In this document: positions 63,378 through 64,000 of the stretch, one piece after another
How positions within the stretch are numbered: position 1 is the stretch's first letter
How the letters are laid out: each line of letters begins with the position of its first letter
Source: Octopus vulgaris
Taxonomy: Eukaryota
Length of the DNA stretch: 64,000 bases
Reading direction: 5' to 3'
NCBI GenBank assembly: GCA_951406725.2
Contig: OX597819.1
Span: forward strand, 57,660,001 to 57,724,000
The notes under the pieces: generated by a model
The model's database searches: none
The model's input: only the letters and a program-made list of their open reading frames with translations
What the model was told of the DNA's origin: nothing
Program-made: the position numbers and the translations under genes

Positions 63378-64000
63378 GTATGACATCGTTTTATTGGACT
63401 TTGCCAAAGCTTTTGACTCGGTAAACCACCGCCTATTACTTGTCAAGCTTCAAGCATATAGTTTCCATCCGGATATTGTACGATGGGTTGGTGCCTTCCT
63501 CTCAGATCGCTCCTTCCAAGTCCAAGTTAATGGTTCGCGGTCCGACGTCTCCAGTGCGAGCAGTGGCGTGCCTCAAGCTTCAGTGCTTGGGCATTTATTG
63601 TTCTTAGTCTTCATAAACGACTTGCCCGACGACCTCACGCAACACACCCTTCTATTTGCCGACGATGTCAAAGTGGTCGCTCTTCGCGGTGATATAGAGG
63701 ATCTTCGTCGATGCCTCTAACAAATTTGGAGATGGTCTAACGAATGGGACTTGTGTCTGAACGTGTCAAAGTGCTGTCATCTGCCTGTTGGCTCTCCTCC
63801 TGCAATTCAACTTGATTTCGAGCCGGGTCGTCTTCTGCTGGAGAGGACCGATCAGGTAAAGGACCTGGGTATCTTGGTGGATTCCTCCTTTTCACCTTCG
63901 GCCCAGTGCGTCCATGCTGCCAACAAAGCACGCGGAGTTCTGTTCTTGATTCGACGGTCATTCCGAATGCTCACGGCAGCCATATTCCTACCGCTCTATG
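63378..64000 (+). mobile_element. 5'-truncated CR1/L2-group LINE reverse transcriptase fragment (continues beyond the window)
   Basis: LDFAKAFDSVNHRLLLVKL..WVGAFLSDRSFQVQVNG..SGVPQASVLGHLLFLVFINDL..LFADDVK, then a stop, then W..EW.L.LNVSKC..KDLGILVD..KARG. Confidence 0.92.

Overview
AT-rich, repeat-saturated eukaryotic non-coding DNA, most likely from an octopus/coleoid cephalopod (inferred from the SINE families and microsatellite density). No host gene can be supported; most ORF-track entries are microsatellite translations. The window holds a decayed R4/Dong-type LINE (1-3.7 kb), a ~7.3 kb L1/Tx1-type LINE sitting in (GATA)n with a 4x ~763 bp internal tandem repeat and two ORF2 deletions (24.3-31.6 kb), a Hero-like RLE LINE fragment, a CR1-like RT fragment, mariner/Tc1 relics, non-autonomous Helitron/Helentron-like elements, and many tRNA-derived SINEs. 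Several Penelope-like inverted/tandem repeats carry hammerhead ribozyme (HHR) motifs. The most notable signal is a repeat family at 55.3-57.5 kb whose three HHR core strands occur in reversed, non-circularly permuted order (NUH - GAAA - CUGANGA), with compensatory stem changes between two diverged members. All folds and alignments were done by eye.
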